DNA of 64,000 nt from a virus: positions 14,418-78,417 of IMG/VR virus record IMGVR_UViG_3300016484_000735. The stretch is one strand, 5' to 3'. The first letter of the stretch is position 1, and every line of letters starts with the position of its first letter. The position numbers and the translations under genes are program-made. Under the pieces are notes generated by a model. It was not told where the DNA came from. It ran no database searches and worked only from the letters and a program-made list of their open reading frames with translations. Positions 63,579-64,000 of the stretch are shown here, one piece after another.

Positions 63579-64000
63579 ACTTCTTGAAGGTCTTACCTCT
63601 AGTACAAAGAACGGTAAGAGGGCGTACAAAGACTACACGAACTTCAAAGGCGTGAGCGCTGAAGAAAAGCGTGAGTTGAAGAAGGAAATGGATCGCGAGC
63701 TCAAGAAGTTCAAGAGCAGCGATCACAAAGATCCTGATTCGTATCCTAAGATCAACGGCAAGACCGATTGGCCTGCTGACAAGAAGTACCGTGAGAAGCT
63801 GAAAGCGCGCGGCAAGACGCTTCCAAAGTCCGCGAGCACCGATGCATACCATCGAATGTATGGTGAGAGCCTGATTCTCGAAGACGGGAACGTCGAGAAG
63901 GCCCTGAAGAACAAGGCTGAGAAGACCGGCATCGCGTACGGAATTCTGAAGCAAGTATTCAATCGCGGCGCAGCTGCTTGGCGTCAACATCACCGTCCTG
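63565..64000 (+). CDS. Conserved T4-like phage protein (KALKNKAEKTGI.YGILKQV..RG.AAW...HRP), partial; missing from ORF track
   Basis: Manual translation MLVSELLEG...; open to the window end. Confidence 0.7.
   Translation, partial: MLVSELLEGLTSSTKNGKRAYKDYTNFKGVSAEEKRELKKEMDRELKKFKSSDHKDPDSYPKINGKTDWPADKKYREKLKARGKTLPKSASTDAYHRMYGESLILEDGNVEKALKNKAEKTGIAYGILKQVFNRGAAAWRQHHRP

Noticed and set aside
1-64000. Stop-codon reassignment or diversity-generating retroelement
   Set aside because: Core genes are full length in the standard code with TAA/TGA stops; no reverse transcriptase or adenine-specific TR/VR pair seen.

Overview
64 kb from a large, GC-rich, T4-like (Tevenvirinae/Kyanoviridae-style gene set) lytic myovirus genome, standard genetic code. 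No tRNA, CRISPR array or integrase was seen. Contents: (i) a T4-type virion core (gp6-, gp25-, gp5-, hub-, gp53-, gp26/51-like baseplate, tape measure, portal gp20, protease gp21, scaffold gp22, capsid gp23, neck gp13/14/15, sheath gp18, tube gp19, gp4) driven by a gp55-type late sigma factor and at least 16 TAAATA late promoters; (ii) gp47/gp46, endonuclease VII, two homing-endonuclease-like genes and a stand-alone PolA/TV-Pol-like polymerase; (iii) a 10.8 kb early block (2.5-13.3 kb) of about 30 small orphan genes in promoter-plus-gene cassettes delimited by near-identical promoter/leader repeats and GTAAC...GTTAC inverted repeats, including a type IV pilin; (iv) a UV-repair pair (degenerate photolyase plus DenV-like glycosylase); (v) a set of proteins with T4 capsid-targeting-like N-termini (amidoligase, GNAT, ART-like). 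The best candidate for a new system is a four-gene minus-strand operon (53.1-55.9 kb): flavodoxin-like NAD(P)H oxidoreductase, dCMP-type thymidylate-synthase homologue lacking the folate-chemistry residues, GT-B glycosyltransferase and dNMP kinase. It suggests a flavin-linked cytosine modification and glycosylation pathway. A conserved 18-28 nt 3'-end element in three copies is also unexplained. All protein assignments come from motif recognition by eye; no database searches were run.
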